Made by a program: the position numbers and the translations under genes
Source of the DNA: a virus
DNA length: 64,000 nucleotides
IMG/VR virus record: IMGVR_UViG_3300031949_000030
Span: 686-64,685 of that record
Direction: 5' to 3' (one strand)
Shown here: positions 45,071 to 54,558 of the stretch, one piece after another
How the letters are laid out: the number at the start of each line of letters is the position of its first letter
Numbering within the stretch: the stretch's first letter is position 1
The notes under the pieces: model-generated
Seen by the model: only the letters and a program-made list of their open reading frames with translations
Database searches by the model: none
Told to the model about the DNA's origin: nothing

Positions 45071-45487
45071 TTAGTATCTTGTCTCAGATAATCCCAGCTC
45101 TATAGCTTCAGGATTGTGGGTAGTAACCCAGTCGTGGCATGATCTGCAGGTAGGGAGCCACTTCATAATATCCAGGTAATTCTCCTCCATGCGACCTGCA
45201 CGATGGTGGACTTCAGTGCTCTTGAGAGTACATCCTGCAAGCTTTGCCTGGCACATAGGATTCTCAAGAAGGAATATCACTCTCTTAGCCGAGTATAGCT
45301 TCTCCTCTTTAGTACGCTTCTGAGAGCGTGGGCGTATATTCTTCTGCCGGGTAGTTGGTTTGCCGGGACGGAGGAGGTTCCAGCAGACCCGACATAGCCT
45401 TTTACGCCCACCATTCTCAGTTAATATCTTCCATATAGGACGTTCCTTGCTGCAGTTGTCACATGTCTTAAGTCTCTGCTGCATCAC
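45071..45487 (-). CDS. HNH endonuclease with N-terminal zinc ribbon
   Basis: 'CDNC...CRVC' (zinc ribbon). 'CQAKLAGC...EVHHRAGR...CRSCH' (HNH: C..C...HH...C..CH). Confidence 0.55.
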   Translation of the reverse strand: MMQQRLKTCDNCSKERPIWKILTENGGRKRLCRVCWNLLRPGKPTTRQKNIRPRSQKRTKEEKLYSAKRVIFLLENPMCQAKLAGCTLKSTEVHHRAGRMEENYLDIMKWLPTCRSCHDWVTTHNPEAIELGLSETRY

Positions 45488-45704
45488 TTGCAGGATTATC
45501 CGAAATAGTATCAGTCTTGGCCGGGGCTACTCTCTTTGTTATAATTACTCCCTTAACTGTCTTGTTAAGGATGTGAGCGGCACTCCGGAGTTCTATAATC
45601 TCGTTATCCTGCTTAGCCAGTGACTTAAGTAGCTCCTCCTCCATCATGTTCTCAGGGGTTAACACTAAGGTTACATTCCCGTTTACTAGAAAGTCATACT
45701 TCAT
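45468..45704 (-). CDS. Hypothetical protein (78 aa)
   Basis: ORF. Confidence 0.35.
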   Translation of the reverse strand: MKYDFLVNGNVTLVLTPENMMEEELLKSLAKQDNEIIELRSAAHILNKTVKGVIITKRVAPAKTDTISDNPASDAAET

Positions 45705-46219
45705 ATGTGTGATTTTTGTGGGGTAGGTTCCTGTAACTCATAAAAGTTCTCAGGTAGTATATTTGATTTTATGAATACCTCAACAATCTGCCTGTGCCGT
45801 ATGTTCAGGTCTGGTAGCTTTAACTTGTTGATGTATCTCCTGTCTGTGTGGGTGAGATCCTTCACCAGTGCCTGTGTTACGGGACTGGCAGGGAAGAATG
45901 TCATGAAGAGATTGTTAGTCCAGGTATTGCATATATGCTGCTTCCAGAGGTTGATTACTTCCTGGGCTTTACGATTCACTATCTCTATTCTCTTCTTCTT
46001 GTTTCTGTTCATGTGTTTGAGCTCCTCCGGTGAATAAGCACTCAGCCCGAACAAGGCTCTCCTATATAGAAGATCCTGGTAAGGAGTGAGCCTATGTAAT
46101 CCGGAGTATCTCTGCTTCCTGAAGGATGATCCCTGTGTCTGGTAATTACCCATCCTCCCGGTATATTCGTGATCGGACTTAGTCCTGATCTTTCCCTTTG
46201 CTATATCCGGAATTCCCAT
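45701..46219 (-). CDS. Hypothetical protein (172 aa), basic
   Basis: ORF. Confidence 0.4.
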   Translation of the reverse strand: MGIPDIAKGKIRTKSDHEYTGRMGNYQTQGSSFRKQRYSGLHRLTPYQDLLYRRALFGLSAYSPEELKHMNRNKKKRIEIVNRKAQEVINLWKQHICNTWTNNLFMTFFPASPVTQALVKDLTHTDRRYINKLKLPDLNIRHRQIVEVFIKSNILPENFYELQEPTPQKSHI

Positions 46220-46328
46220 ATGTACTGCTCTCTTAGTTTCTTTAGTAGTGGTAGTAGATAAAAAGGGATGGAGAGACTTTTATGCCTCCCCATTGCCCTT
46301 GGGTTTATGTGTGTGAGAACTTTACGGT

Positions 46329-46841
46329 TTACTGTGCATCAATAGCTGATGTAGCCTTAATCTTCTCGTTCGCAGCTTTGATCTCTACAGTGTTGTCGTG
46401 CTCGACGATAACATCCGGAGCACTTGGGTCTGAGTTATGGAAACACTTCCTGTAAATCGGTTGTCCGGCTACAGAGCAGACGATCCCGGTCTCTCCGGCA
46501 ATCTTCAGATCCTTGTCAGGATTCTCCTTGTTGAAGGGAGTTAGCTGTTCCTTAACGTGGATACAGCCAGGGATCTCCTGACCTATTACCCATCCGCTTT
46601 TCTTAAGGGCATCCAGATCACCATGGACCAGTGCACTTAAGGTTATGGTCCTCATCCATCCATCTTCGGATAACACACGTGTTTGCTGCACGCGGATGTG
46701 ACCTTTTCCATTCTTGCTGGGGGTGATGACGTGGCCATCTTTACCCGCCGTTACTGTTACTTTGTTCATAACTTGGTTTTTAAGTTGGTTACGGGACTGG
46801 TTAGTGAATACGGAGCTATGCACCTTGTCCCTTATCGGCAA
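46329..46841 (-). CDS. Hypothetical protein (170 aa)
   Basis: ORF. Confidence 0.4.
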   Translation of the reverse strand: MPIRDKVHSSVFTNQSRNQLKNQVMNKVTVTAGKDGHVITPSKNGKGHIRVQQTRVLSEDGWMRTITLSALVHGDLDALKKSGWVIGQEIPGCIHVKEQLTPFNKENPDKDLKIAGETGIVCSVAGQPIYRKCFHNSDPSAPDVIVEHDNTVEIKAANEKIKATSAIDAQ

Positions 46842-46886
46842 GGCTCTGTCTTTGTCCCTCTTCTAGGAAGGGATATCTTAAAGTTC

Positions 46887-47378
46887 TTAAAATGGTAGTG
46901 TATCATCCGTTTGTGGTGGTGACGCTTCTTGCGGCTTATCGGGTAGCAGCTTGAGGGAATCTGCTGGATAGATATCTTTGTGACTTGCATAAGTTTCGTA
47001 ATCTATAATCCTACCCTGAGTATCCATAGCTTGTATAGCTATATGGAGAGTGTGTGTACTGTGAGTTCGTACGAATTTAACAGTTCCTCTGAGAAATCCC
47101 TGGAAGAGCATCCCTCCCTTTATAGTTTTCTCATCACTGATGTTAGATATGTATACATTACCTCTCTTTATCCAGACAGCATCTCCGGGTTTAAAGTCTA
47201 TGACTTCTTCTACTCCGTGAAGAGCCTTCCATAATTCTGTCAGTGCAGCGTCATCTTTAAACCATCCCAGGATGACATCTGATATAAGTCCCGAGTGGGG
47301 AGAGCTGATGACCCGTTGGATCTCAGCTCTCATCTCCCGGGCTGTTATCTTAATGTAAAGGTCTCTGTCTTCCTGCAT
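46887..47378 (-). CDS. Hypothetical protein (163 aa)
   Basis: ORF. Confidence 0.4.
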   Translation of the reverse strand: MQEDRDLYIKITAREMRAEIQRVISSPHSGLISDVILGWFKDDAALTELWKALHGVEEVIDFKPGDAVWIKRGNVYISNISDEKTIKGGMLFQGFLRGTVKFVRTHSTHTLHIAIQAMDTQGRIIDYETYASHKDIYPADSLKLLPDKPQEASPPQTDDTLPF

Positions 47379-47772
47379 ACAGCTTCTCCTTATCGTTTAT
47401 AAGATTTACGTGGTAATCAGACTTATCCCTGTCATAGGAGAGTTCTGCTGACCGGTCATTAGAGAAATCTACGTCTACCTGGAAGTATCCTCCCTTGGTC
47501 ACCGTGACCAGGAGATGTTTCCGGGTGCCGTCCTCTGCTATAAACTTCAGCAGATAGGTGGAACCTTCCTCCAGTTCGAGATAGAAGAACTTTGTGAACT
47601 TCTCACTCTCTATCTGTATACTTACAGAGTCAGTGACGATGAAGATGTCACAGGTGACTTTCTTCTCCGAGATGAACTTACCCTCAAGGGTCAGTATCTT
47701 TGTCGGGTTTGAGTTGGCTTGCAGGGCACACGTAAACAGTACGAGTATCCCTAACAGAATTGACTTTTTCAT
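47350..47772 (-). CDS. Secreted protein (N-terminal signal peptide)
   Basis: 'MKKSILLGILVLFTCALQANSNP' is a signal peptide. Confidence 0.45.
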   Translation of the reverse strand: MKKSILLGILVLFTCALQANSNPTKILTLEGKFISEKKVTCDIFIVTDSVSIQIESEKFTKFFYLELEEGSTYLLKFIAEDGTRKHLLVTVTKGGYFQVDVDFSNDRSAELSYDRDKSDYHVNLINDKEKLYAGRQRPLH

Positions 47773-47855
47773 GTTGGTTGTATAGATTGGTTAGACTTGT
47801 GGCTACCGCTTACTTCGGGTGGGTTGCCTTTTACCCGTGTGCTCATTGAGCGTTT

Positions 47856-48308
47856 TCATACGAGTTCTCTTTGTGTGACGTAGCTGGAGAGGTTTATACC
47901 GGCAGTATTAGTGTGGAGGGTTGCCCAGGAGTCTTTCTCATTCTCCCGGCCGAAGGTGATACCCTCAAGCTCATCCACGAATACCTTATCGGATATCTCG
48001 TCATAGTCTGTAATGAGCAGGACTTTCTTCTTTCCTGATACTCTCAGGCTCATCCCTTCCATGGGTTCTGTCTGCATATTAAATAAACAGAAGTCTCGTA
48101 TCTCTTCTGCCTGTTTCTTCCCTACAGAACACGAGTGTAATGATGGTGGAAGGACAAGGAGTATATCTGACAGTACCGTTCCCTTATAGCTCTTGTCAGC
48201 TTCAGGGGATTCTATGACCGGTATCCTCTTATCTCTGAGCAGTCCTCTTACGAGATATGCTATATCGGGATTACAGGTCTCACTTATGGAAAGATTAATG
48301 ATCTTCAT
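47856..48308 (-). CDS. Hypothetical protein (150 aa)
   Basis: ORF. Confidence 0.4.
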   Translation of the reverse strand: MKIINLSISETCNPDIAYLVRGLLRDKRIPVIESPEADKSYKGTVLSDILLVLPPSLHSCSVGKKQAEEIRDFCLFNMQTEPMEGMSLRVSGKKKVLLITDYDEISDKVFVDELEGITFGRENEKDSWATLHTNTAGINLSSYVTQRELV

Positions 48309-48337
48309 GATGTGTGATATTCTTATGTGTTAATACA

Positions 48338-48470
48338 AGGGAGTATCTCCCGGAAGCATTAGTTCCTTTACAGCGGAGCAGGGCTGCGTATCGGATGCTT
48401 ACCGGGAGATAATCTCCCCTAATGGGGTGGGGCTCCGAACCAGGCTCCCCTGCCACTCGCGAGCGGCATG
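48338..48470. promoter_or_regulatory. GC-rich, palindrome-dense non-coding island between the ParB-like gene and the next gene (candidate parS-like/origin/structured RNA)
   Basis: Two hairpins of form GGGAG-N3-5-CTCCC (48338-48350 'gggagtatctccc' and 48403-48418 'gggagataatctccc'). Palindromes 'ctcgcgag' and 'ggcatgcc'. GC is far above the local background. The only ORF here (48295..48489) is compositionally implausible. Confidence 0.3.
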
Positions 48471-48503
48471 CCTGATTGAGTACTCCCAATCTCTTGTCTT
48501 TGT

Positions 48504-49361
48504 CTATTCCGCTTTCGGGAAATCTTCATCACTGGACCAGCTTATACGCTTGGCTTCTTTACCTGCCCGGTAAAGATTCCAGGCCCTTATGATGATAGCA
48601 TACTTATTAGTAGGTTCTATCTTGTGTTCTGTTCCCATGAAGTTTATGAGCTTCTGTCTCAGTACATAGATAGGACTGTCCACCTTGGAGGATATACCTT
48701 CTCCGGTGGTAAGCTTGTCAAAGAAACTTGCAGCCTGGATCCGGTTCTTCCTTGAGAATATGTAACACAGAGCTGAGTAGCTTCCTGCAGAGAGGAACCT
48801 TGCTGTCTTGCTGTATCTGCTGCCATTCTCGACACAAATAATCATGAGCTCATCATTCTTCTTCTCCATCCACTCTATAAGATCATGGTTAGTGGGTCTC
48901 TTGTGAGTCTCCACGTTCTTGTTGTACTTAAGGTTCCTGTTATCATAAGCTATGACTATCTTTATAGCCGCTGACAGGATAGTGGAGTTCTTATAGCCTG
49001 CTATAGCCATGACGTCTCCCGAGCTCCTGTTTTTACCTATGTCTATCTTATCGAAGGTCTCGTCAGGTAATCCCGTCTGGATATTCCACTCCTGTGTAGT
49101 CCCTGAGGCTACCACACTAAGTAACCGGTGCTGGCCATCAAGAATAACTCCGGTGATAGATATCCGGATAAGATCTCCGTTGAATATCCACTCACCTTTC
49201 TTCATCTGCTCTGTGTAGAGCTTTGCTGTACGGGCTTTCACCGGTCTATTGTTAGTGTTAAGCTCCAGTAGCTCCTTAGCTATGGAGGGAGAGACTTTTA
49301 CCGAGGGATACACATGTACCTTCTTCAGGTTCTCCCTTATGTCTGTTATTATTTTGCTCAT
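48504..49361 (-). CDS. ParB-like nuclease-domain protein
   Basis: 'GVILDGQHRLLSV' matches the ParB/Srx 'DGxHR' motif. Confidence 0.55.
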   Translation of the reverse strand: MSKIITDIRENLKKVHVYPSVKVSPSIAKELLELNTNNRPVKARTAKLYTEQMKKGEWIFNGDLIRISITGVILDGQHRLLSVVASGTTQEWNIQTGLPDETFDKIDIGKNRSSGDVMAIAGYKNSTILSAAIKIVIAYDNRNLKYNKNVETHKRPTNHDLIEWMEKKNDELMIICVENGSRYSKTARFLSAGSYSALCYIFSRKNRIQAASFFDKLTTGEGISSKVDSPIYVLRQKLINFMGTEHKIEPTNKYAIIIRAWNLYRAGKEAKRISWSSDEDFPKAE

Positions 49362-49397
49362 AAGATTGTTATAGGTTGGTCTTCTCTTGAAGAAGGA

Positions 49398-49589
49398 TCA
49401 GATCTTTCTGACGTTTATGGCAGAGAGTCCTTTAGGGGTCTCCTCTGTTTCGAAGACTACCTGGTCTCCCGTTTCTACTTTCTCCTTAAGTCCTGAGGAG
49501 TGCACGAAGTACTCCTTCTTGTCAAGGTTGTCTATGATAAAACCGAAATTACGGTCGTTCCTGAAGAACTTTACTGTTCCCTCTTTCAT
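49398..49589 (-). CDS. Cold-shock domain protein (CspA family)
   Basis: 'GTVKFFRNDRNFGFIIDN...EYFVHSSGL' matches the CSD consensus 'GxVKWFNxxKGFGFI...DVFVHxSAI'. Confidence 0.8.
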   Translation of the reverse strand: MKEGTVKFFRNDRNFGFIIDNLDKKEYFVHSSGLKEKVETGDQVVFETEETPKGLSAINVRKI

Positions 49590-49812
49590 GGTTGTTAGTT
49601 ATTAAGTTAAGTATTATCTGTATAGCCAGTTCCTGAGACTCCTGGTCTGGGGAACTTAGCATTTTGTATAATCTCTGGGCTTCTTCCTTCTTCACTGTTA
49701 ATGCCTTAGTCAGATTGTGCAGAAGGGCTACAGTTGCCAGTACTCTCTGAAGTCTTGTGTACCTCTTATACATTTCCACATCTTGGAAACCAGGAGGTGG
49801 TTTACTAATCAT
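49549..49812 (-). CDS. Small 'SPD-motif' protein, paralog 1 (87 aa)
   Basis: 'LYKMLSSPDQESQELAIQIILNLI' is shared with the next gene. Confidence 0.4.
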   Translation of the reverse strand: MISKPPPGFQDVEMYKRYTRLQRVLATVALLHNLTKALTVKKEEAQRLYKMLSSPDQESQELAIQIILNLITNNHERGNSKVLQERP

Positions 49813-50095
49813 GATTCCTCCCTTTATTTAGGTTAGTTATGAGTTTTACCGCCATCTCCTTCTCTACCGGATCCGGTGAGTTCAGCATCTTCATGATGTT
49901 GGCACCTTCCTTGGGAGATATGGTCTCTTGGGTCATCAGAGCGATGAGTAAGTCCAGAATGCGGATATATGCCAGAGCATTCTGCTCGCGCCTTAAACTA
50001 TCATTAAGTCTCTCTGAGTAAATCTCAGTTGTTTGCTGGAGCCTTCTACTAATGTAGTCATCTCTAATAAGTCTACTTTTTGAAGATAGAGCCAT
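49805..50095 (-). CDS. Small 'SPD-motif' protein, paralog 2 (96 aa)
   Basis: 'IMKMLNSPDPVEKEMAVKLITNL'. Confidence 0.4.
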   Translation of the reverse strand: MALSSKSRLIRDDYISRRLQQTTEIYSERLNDSLRREQNALAYIRILDLLIALMTQETISPKEGANIMKMLNSPDPVEKEMAVKLITNLNKGRNHD

Positions 50096-50105
50096 AGTTA
50101 CTTTG

Positions 50106-51092
50106 TTACTTAACAGTGACCAGGGTACTGGAGTTGTTACCCAGAACTGTAGTAGGGTTTACTCCATTCCACCTGGTGACCTTGAGGTAATCCACATAGA
50201 GAGGTGTTATCTCCCTCTGTTTTACCTTCACAGCTTCTGCCTCCGCCCTGGCTGTGATCAGGGTAGCATTAGCTTCTCCGGAAGCTGTAATAACGGCCTT
50301 GGCAGAGTCACCTCTGGCTACTGCTATCTGCTTCTTGGCATTCGCGTCAGCTACGAGAGCTTCCTGAATCTTTGCCTGTGCATCCTGAATAGCCTTAGTC
50401 TTAGCTTCAATGGAGGCCTGAAGAGACGGGGGTGGTGTAATGTTAGTCCTGAGCTGGCTCACAGTGAACCATTTTGAGACACGCTTATTACACTCTACGA
50501 TGATGGCAGACTCGAATTCTTCCCGCTTGTTAAATATATCATCTACAGCCCACCGGTTAGCCACATCATTGACAGAGCTGATGATGGCATTCTTAAGCCA
50601 TCCCTGTTCTACTTCACTAATCTCCCGCCTGAGGTTCTGGAACATATCTCCAACGGCTGTCGGGATCAGGGAGTAGTTGAATGACGGCCGGATTGTAGCA
50701 CTGAAACCACCTTTGGTGATCACATGCTGGTCTTTGTACTCGATGTGTTGCTGATAGGTCGGGAACTCATAGAGCTGTTCAGTCCAGGTGTTATAGATTA
50801 CCCAGCCGGTCTTATAGGAGTAGTTAGATACCCCACGGCTATCGCCGGTGAGCCTGACTTTTATACCTACATGTCCGGCATCTACTCTATCGAGGGCATA
50901 AGGCTGGAAGAGGGCAACAAGTAGACCTATAACAAAGATAACCACAGGTAGTACAAGCCACTTGGGATTTGATGTAGTATGTCTATCTCCGTGCCTGTCC
51001 TCTGTAACGACTTCGTTGTACTTCTTACGGGTGGCAACAAGTGCCCCCACTGCGGTCAGCGTAGACAGCAGCAATATTATCCATGATATCAT
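50106..51092 (-). CDS. SPFH/band-7 (prohibitin/HflKC-like) membrane protein
   Basis: N-terminal TM 'IILLLSTLTAVGALVA'. A second hydrophobic segment. A C-terminal Ala/Gln/Lys-rich coiled coil, 'ASIEAKTKAIQDAQAKIQEALVADANAKKQIAVARGDSAKAVITASGEANA...ARAEAEA', typical of SPFH proteins. Confidence 0.6.
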   Translation of the reverse strand: MISWIILLLSTLTAVGALVATRKKYNEVVTEDRHGDRHTTSNPKWLVLPVVIFVIGLLVALFQPYALDRVDAGHVGIKVRLTGDSRGVSNYSYKTGWVIYNTWTEQLYEFPTYQQHIEYKDQHVITKGGFSATIRPSFNYSLIPTAVGDMFQNLRREISEVEQGWLKNAIISSVNDVANRWAVDDIFNKREEFESAIIVECNKRVSKWFTVSQLRTNITPPPSLQASIEAKTKAIQDAQAKIQEALVADANAKKQIAVARGDSAKAVITASGEANATLITARAEAEAVKVKQREITPLYVDYLKVTRWNGVNPTTVLGNNSSTLVTVK

Positions 51093-51094
51093 AA

Positions 51095-51289
51095 TTACTT
51101 AAGTTTTAGTAGTTTAATAATGAGCCTGACCAGGTATCTGAGATATAGTATCCAGGCTATAGTTATGAATATTGAGACTACACACATGACGGTGTAGTTC
51201 ACTTCCCTGCTCACGCAGTATTCGAAGAAGTAGTCACTCCCTATGATCACAGCTGTGGTCACCAGGAGGAATATGAGGAGGACCTTCAT
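51095..51289 (-). CDS. Small membrane protein (64 aa, 2 TM) directly upstream of SPFH
   Basis: 'VLLIFLLVTTAVIIG' and 'VMCVVSIFITIAWILYL' are hydrophobic segments. This resembles NfeD/YqiJ-like partner arrangements. Confidence 0.4.
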   Translation of the reverse strand: MKVLLIFLLVTTAVIIGSDYFFEYCVSREVNYTVMCVVSIFITIAWILYLRYLVRLIIKLLKLK

Positions 51290-51951
51290 CAGGAAGCCTC
51301 CTTAGCAATCATGTCCCGGAGATCTGCAGCCAGCTCATAGTTCTCATCTGCTACAGCATGAAGTAACTTCTCCTGGAGGTTAGTTTGTTCGGTTACCTCT
51401 GAGCCAAGTATAGATACCCAAGCTTTAAGGTAGGTAACGAGGTTCTCCTGACTAGTATGGGGGTCGCATTGCACCTTCCGGACGACTTCCTTCTCCTGAG
51501 TCAGTCCTATTAATCTCAGAAAGAAGTTAGAGTGCTTTACTCTCTTTTTTACCTTCCGGGTTCTTTCACAGCTCTTTAGCTCTACCTTAGCCAGTATTCC
51601 AGGGTGACTCATGTATTCCAGGTGCACTATATCCTCAGGGGACATTCCCGCTTCCTTAAGTCTCTTTAAAATGTCTAGTAGAGGCTCTCCTGTTATGGAA
51701 CATCCGAACTTCACCAAGTTCTTCCAGGTGTGATCTATAGGTATATCTGTCTTTTTCATGTGAGGGAGTATCACACCGTAGCCTTCGTCAAATTCCCTTC
51801 TCAGGGAATATAAGTTTGTTCCCAGAATAGCCTGGGCCACTACTCCACAATTACAGGACTCTTGCCTCTCCCACTGATAGTGTACTGCTCCGGTCTCAAG
51901 TGCATTAATAGCTACCTTGAGGGCTGATATGAGTTTCTCTTTCTTCTTCAT
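51289..51951 (-). CDS. Hypothetical protein (220 aa)
   Basis: ORF. Confidence 0.4.
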   Translation of the reverse strand: MKKKEKLISALKVAINALETGAVHYQWERQESCNCGVVAQAILGTNLYSLRREFDEGYGVILPHMKKTDIPIDHTWKNLVKFGCSITGEPLLDILKRLKEAGMSPEDIVHLEYMSHPGILAKVELKSCERTRKVKKRVKHSNFFLRLIGLTQEKEVVRKVQCDPHTSQENLVTYLKAWVSILGSEVTEQTNLQEKLLHAVADENYELAADLRDMIAKEAS

Positions 51952-51962
51952 AATGTTAGTTA

Positions 51963-52952
51963 TTAGTCCCAGTCTATACCGGGACAGTTGTTAGATTTAA
52001 TAGCTACAAGTATATCCCAGAGGTAGGTAAGTCCCCGGCCTATCCAGCACAGGATCATCCATAACCATAGGAAAGGGTACCCGAGGTACTTCAGATGTCT
52101 CAGAGGACGGAAGAAGGCCTTTATCCGGCGTTTTCTCTGCTCACATGAGTAGCAGTAAGTGCTAAATACACATACCCCTGTGGATATTATTTTTACAAGC
52201 AGGTAGATTACCACAAGACCAGCGCCTCCGATACATCCCCATACTAGTCCGTCTAGGCAGTACTCCCCTATAATGTACCAGTCGAAGGTAATCATCCACT
52301 TTACGAGACTGTAAGCTGCATATGTCAGGAAGAATATGACGACATAGAAAAATATAGTAGCCACCTTCTTGATCTTCACGGTTAGTTCACCGATCCGTTG
52401 CTGACGGGACTTCCTGGGTTTCTTCCTGGCTTCAAGCTCTGCTAATATATCATGAGCTTTTTTCAGGCGATCCTGCTCAATCTCACGAAGCAGGATGTAT
52501 CTTTCTCTCATCTGTGCCATTCTCTCCTCCCACCCCTTTCTATAGACCTCATCTTCAAAGTACTCAGTAGTGAAGAGTCCTTTGGTACCCAAGTAGCGTG
52601 ACACTTGTTGATACTTCTTGATCCTATGCCACTCAAAAGGGTTCTCGTCACACTCGAAATACTCCCGTATAGCTTTATCATCCATCTTCTCCAGACGGTG
52701 AGCAAAGTCCCGGGACCAGTTCTCTGCTTTTCTCTCACAAGCATCATAGATGCTGTTTCCTATCCATCCTATCAAGAGTATCAGGAGCTTGATGAGAGAG
52801 AAGGGTATAAAGATCACTATGTTAAGTATAGTGATCCAGAACAGGGGACAGAAGTTCCTGAAGTCAGAGTGATCCCACCCCCAGGTCCACTTCATGAGTT
52901 TTATATACCACGCACCTTTGCGTAGCTTAAAGACGTCTTTGATCATGTGCAA
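51963..52952 (-). CDS. Polytopic membrane protein (329 aa)
   Basis: Several hydrophobic helices, including 'FWITILNIVIFIPFSLIKLLILLIGWIG', 'IFFYVVIFFLTYAAYSLV' and 'GLVWGCIGGAGLVVIYLLVKIISTGVCVF'. Confidence 0.45.
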   Translation of the reverse strand: MHMIKDVFKLRKGAWYIKLMKWTWGWDHSDFRNFCPLFWITILNIVIFIPFSLIKLLILLIGWIGNSIYDACERKAENWSRDFAHRLEKMDDKAIREYFECDENPFEWHRIKKYQQVSRYLGTKGLFTTEYFEDEVYRKGWEERMAQMRERYILLREIEQDRLKKAHDILAELEARKKPRKSRQQRIGELTVKIKKVATIFFYVVIFFLTYAAYSLVKWMITFDWYIIGEYCLDGLVWGCIGGAGLVVIYLLVKIISTGVCVFSTYCYSCEQRKRRIKAFFRPLRHLKYLGYPFLWLWMILCWIGRGLTYLWDILVAIKSNNCPGIDWD

Positions 52953-52977
52953 ATATATGTATTAAGTTTAAACTCTC

Positions 52978-53165
52978 GTGAGTTAGAAGGGTCGGATCAT
53001 GGTTTGATAGTATTCGGTATCTCTACCTATAACTAGTATCACTAATCCTCCCAGGGGTATATATCCCATACTGATGAGATTGTTGACCTCTCTCTCAATC
53101 TCATCTATATAGGCACTTTTCACTACTTTATAGTCTCTATACATAGGCTGTGTAGTTAGAAGGGT
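52978..53165. promoter_or_regulatory. 360-bp non-coding region with direct repeat AGTTAGAAGGGT x2 (candidate promoter/operator)
   Basis: 'gtgagttagaagggt' at 52978-52992 and 'gtgtagttagaagggt' at 53150-53165. Sits upstream of the membrane-protein gene. Confidence 0.2.
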
Positions 53166-53311
53166 AAGGCTACTGCCTGCAGGAAGTAACTAAGATCATC
53201 CTGGTAAACTCCTCCTATAGGTATATAACCTCTGGTAAGATACTTATTTACCATATCCTCTAGAATATTTAGAGTAGATGCTTTCAGTATACTGTACTCT
53301 CTGTACATACC

Positions 53312-53743
53312 CTACTTCTTTAGGTAGAATATACTCTTGGGAGCACCATACTCCATAATCAGCGAATCTGCTGTCTGATAGGTGATAGTGCATACCATGC
53401 TACCTAATGTAAGGCTTGTTCCCGAGACTGATAACTGCCAGGGAGAGGTAGACGGGTTACATGTAAGTCCCATGATGCCATCATACCAACATGGTGTCCC
53501 GGAAGTCACCAGATCCTCTTTAAGGTCTAGATGACACTGAGACGGGTTAGAATGATTCGTGGTACTTATCACAGAGTCCTGCATATTGCAGTAGTCTGTG
53601 CGCTTAAGTATCCAGTCTCCGGAGATAGCCTGCTCGGCTACCGTCATGGTTTTTGGTGAGCCGGTGCTACTCTGAGGAGGCTCTTCCTTCTTGCATGCTA
53701 CTGATAACAGCAGACATGTGAGTATAATAGTCATGTTCTTCAT
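53312..53743 (-). CDS. Lipoprotein (Bacteroidetes-type lipobox/LES)
   Basis: 'MKNMTIILTCLLLSVACKKEEPP' is a signal peptide with Cys followed by KKEE, the pattern of Bacteroidota surface lipoproteins. Confidence 0.45.
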   Translation of the reverse strand: MKNMTIILTCLLLSVACKKEEPPQSSTGSPKTMTVAEQAISGDWILKRTDYCNMQDSVISTTNHSNPSQCHLDLKEDLVTSGTPCWYDGIMGLTCNPSTSPWQLSVSGTSLTLGSMVCTITYQTADSLIMEYGAPKSIFYLKK

Positions 53744-53754
53744 ATGATGTGTTA

Positions 53755-54195
53755 TTAAGGTTTCTTCTTTTCGGAGGTGGTTCCCCGCGAGGTTTTAGGT
53801 TGTGGAACGTGTCTTGCGGATCTCATGTTACGTAGGAGTCCGGGACTATGTATAATATTGTGAGCGGGGCATCCGCAGGATAGTCTTGGAATGCTCTTAC
53901 GAGTGTAGGGAACAATTTCCGCCCTCTCTATATACATATCTTTCTCATGATATAGTGCGTTATCCTTATATATCTGGTGAGTCAGGGTCTTACCTACAAC
54001 CCATCTCGAAAGCCTCAGAGCATCTTTGTAGGAGTAGTAATCCAGCAATTCGCTCCCAGGGACATCTATATGTATATAAGTTTCAACTGTCCAGCTCTTA
54101 ACTAGGAGTTCCTTAGGAAATCTTCCTCTTAAGGGACTATCGTGGTCCATATAGGTATCGGTAGCTACTCTAACTATGTACTTAGCATCATTCAT
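53755..54195 (-). CDS. Hypothetical protein (146 aa)
   Basis: ORF. Confidence 0.4.
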   Translation of the reverse strand: MNDAKYIVRVATDTYMDHDSPLRGRFPKELLVKSWTVETYIHIDVPGSELLDYYSYKDALRLSRWVVGKTLTHQIYKDNALYHEKDMYIERAEIVPYTRKSIPRLSCGCPAHNIIHSPGLLRNMRSARHVPQPKTSRGTTSEKKKP

Positions 54196-54327
54196 GTTTA
54201 AATGTTCTTGGGTTAATCTAGTCTAGCTGTAAGAGATGAAGGTAGTCTTATGTCTATGAAGGCATGAAGACTATGAACTTCCTTTTCCAGAACCACTCTT
54301 ACGTTATAGAATATGTTGCGTCTCTCC

Positions 54328-54558
54328 TTACTTACCTCTCCTCTTCGTAGAGAGGTCCATTGCACTATTTATTAGAAGAGTCCTCAGGCTCTCTCTCAGA
54401 GCCTTCGGACTGGTGTTAGGAATGTTTCTCCCACCGGCTCTCAAAAGTTGGCAGATAGCATAGTCTCTCTTAAAGTTATACCTATCCAGTATATTCTCTA
54501 TCAGTGTTGCTATGTCCTCTATAGTGAGACCTCTCATTAATCTACTCTTCTTAGTCAT
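54328..54558 (-). CDS. 'YNF' family protein, copy 1 (76 aa)
   Basis: 'IENILDRYNFKRDYAICQLL' matches 'ILDNYNFVRASAILQLI' (58688) and 'LDKFNFVEAAAVMRLL' (61365). Confidence 0.45.
   Translation of the reverse strand: MTKKSRLMRGLTIEDIATLIENILDRYNFKRDYAICQLLRAGGRNIPNTSPKALRESLRTLLINSAMDLSTKRRGK

Noticed and set aside
48295-48489. 64-aa ORF in the GC-rich island
   Set aside because: Gly/Arg/Pro-rich translation is typical of a GC-composition artefact. The region is better explained as a structured non-coding element.
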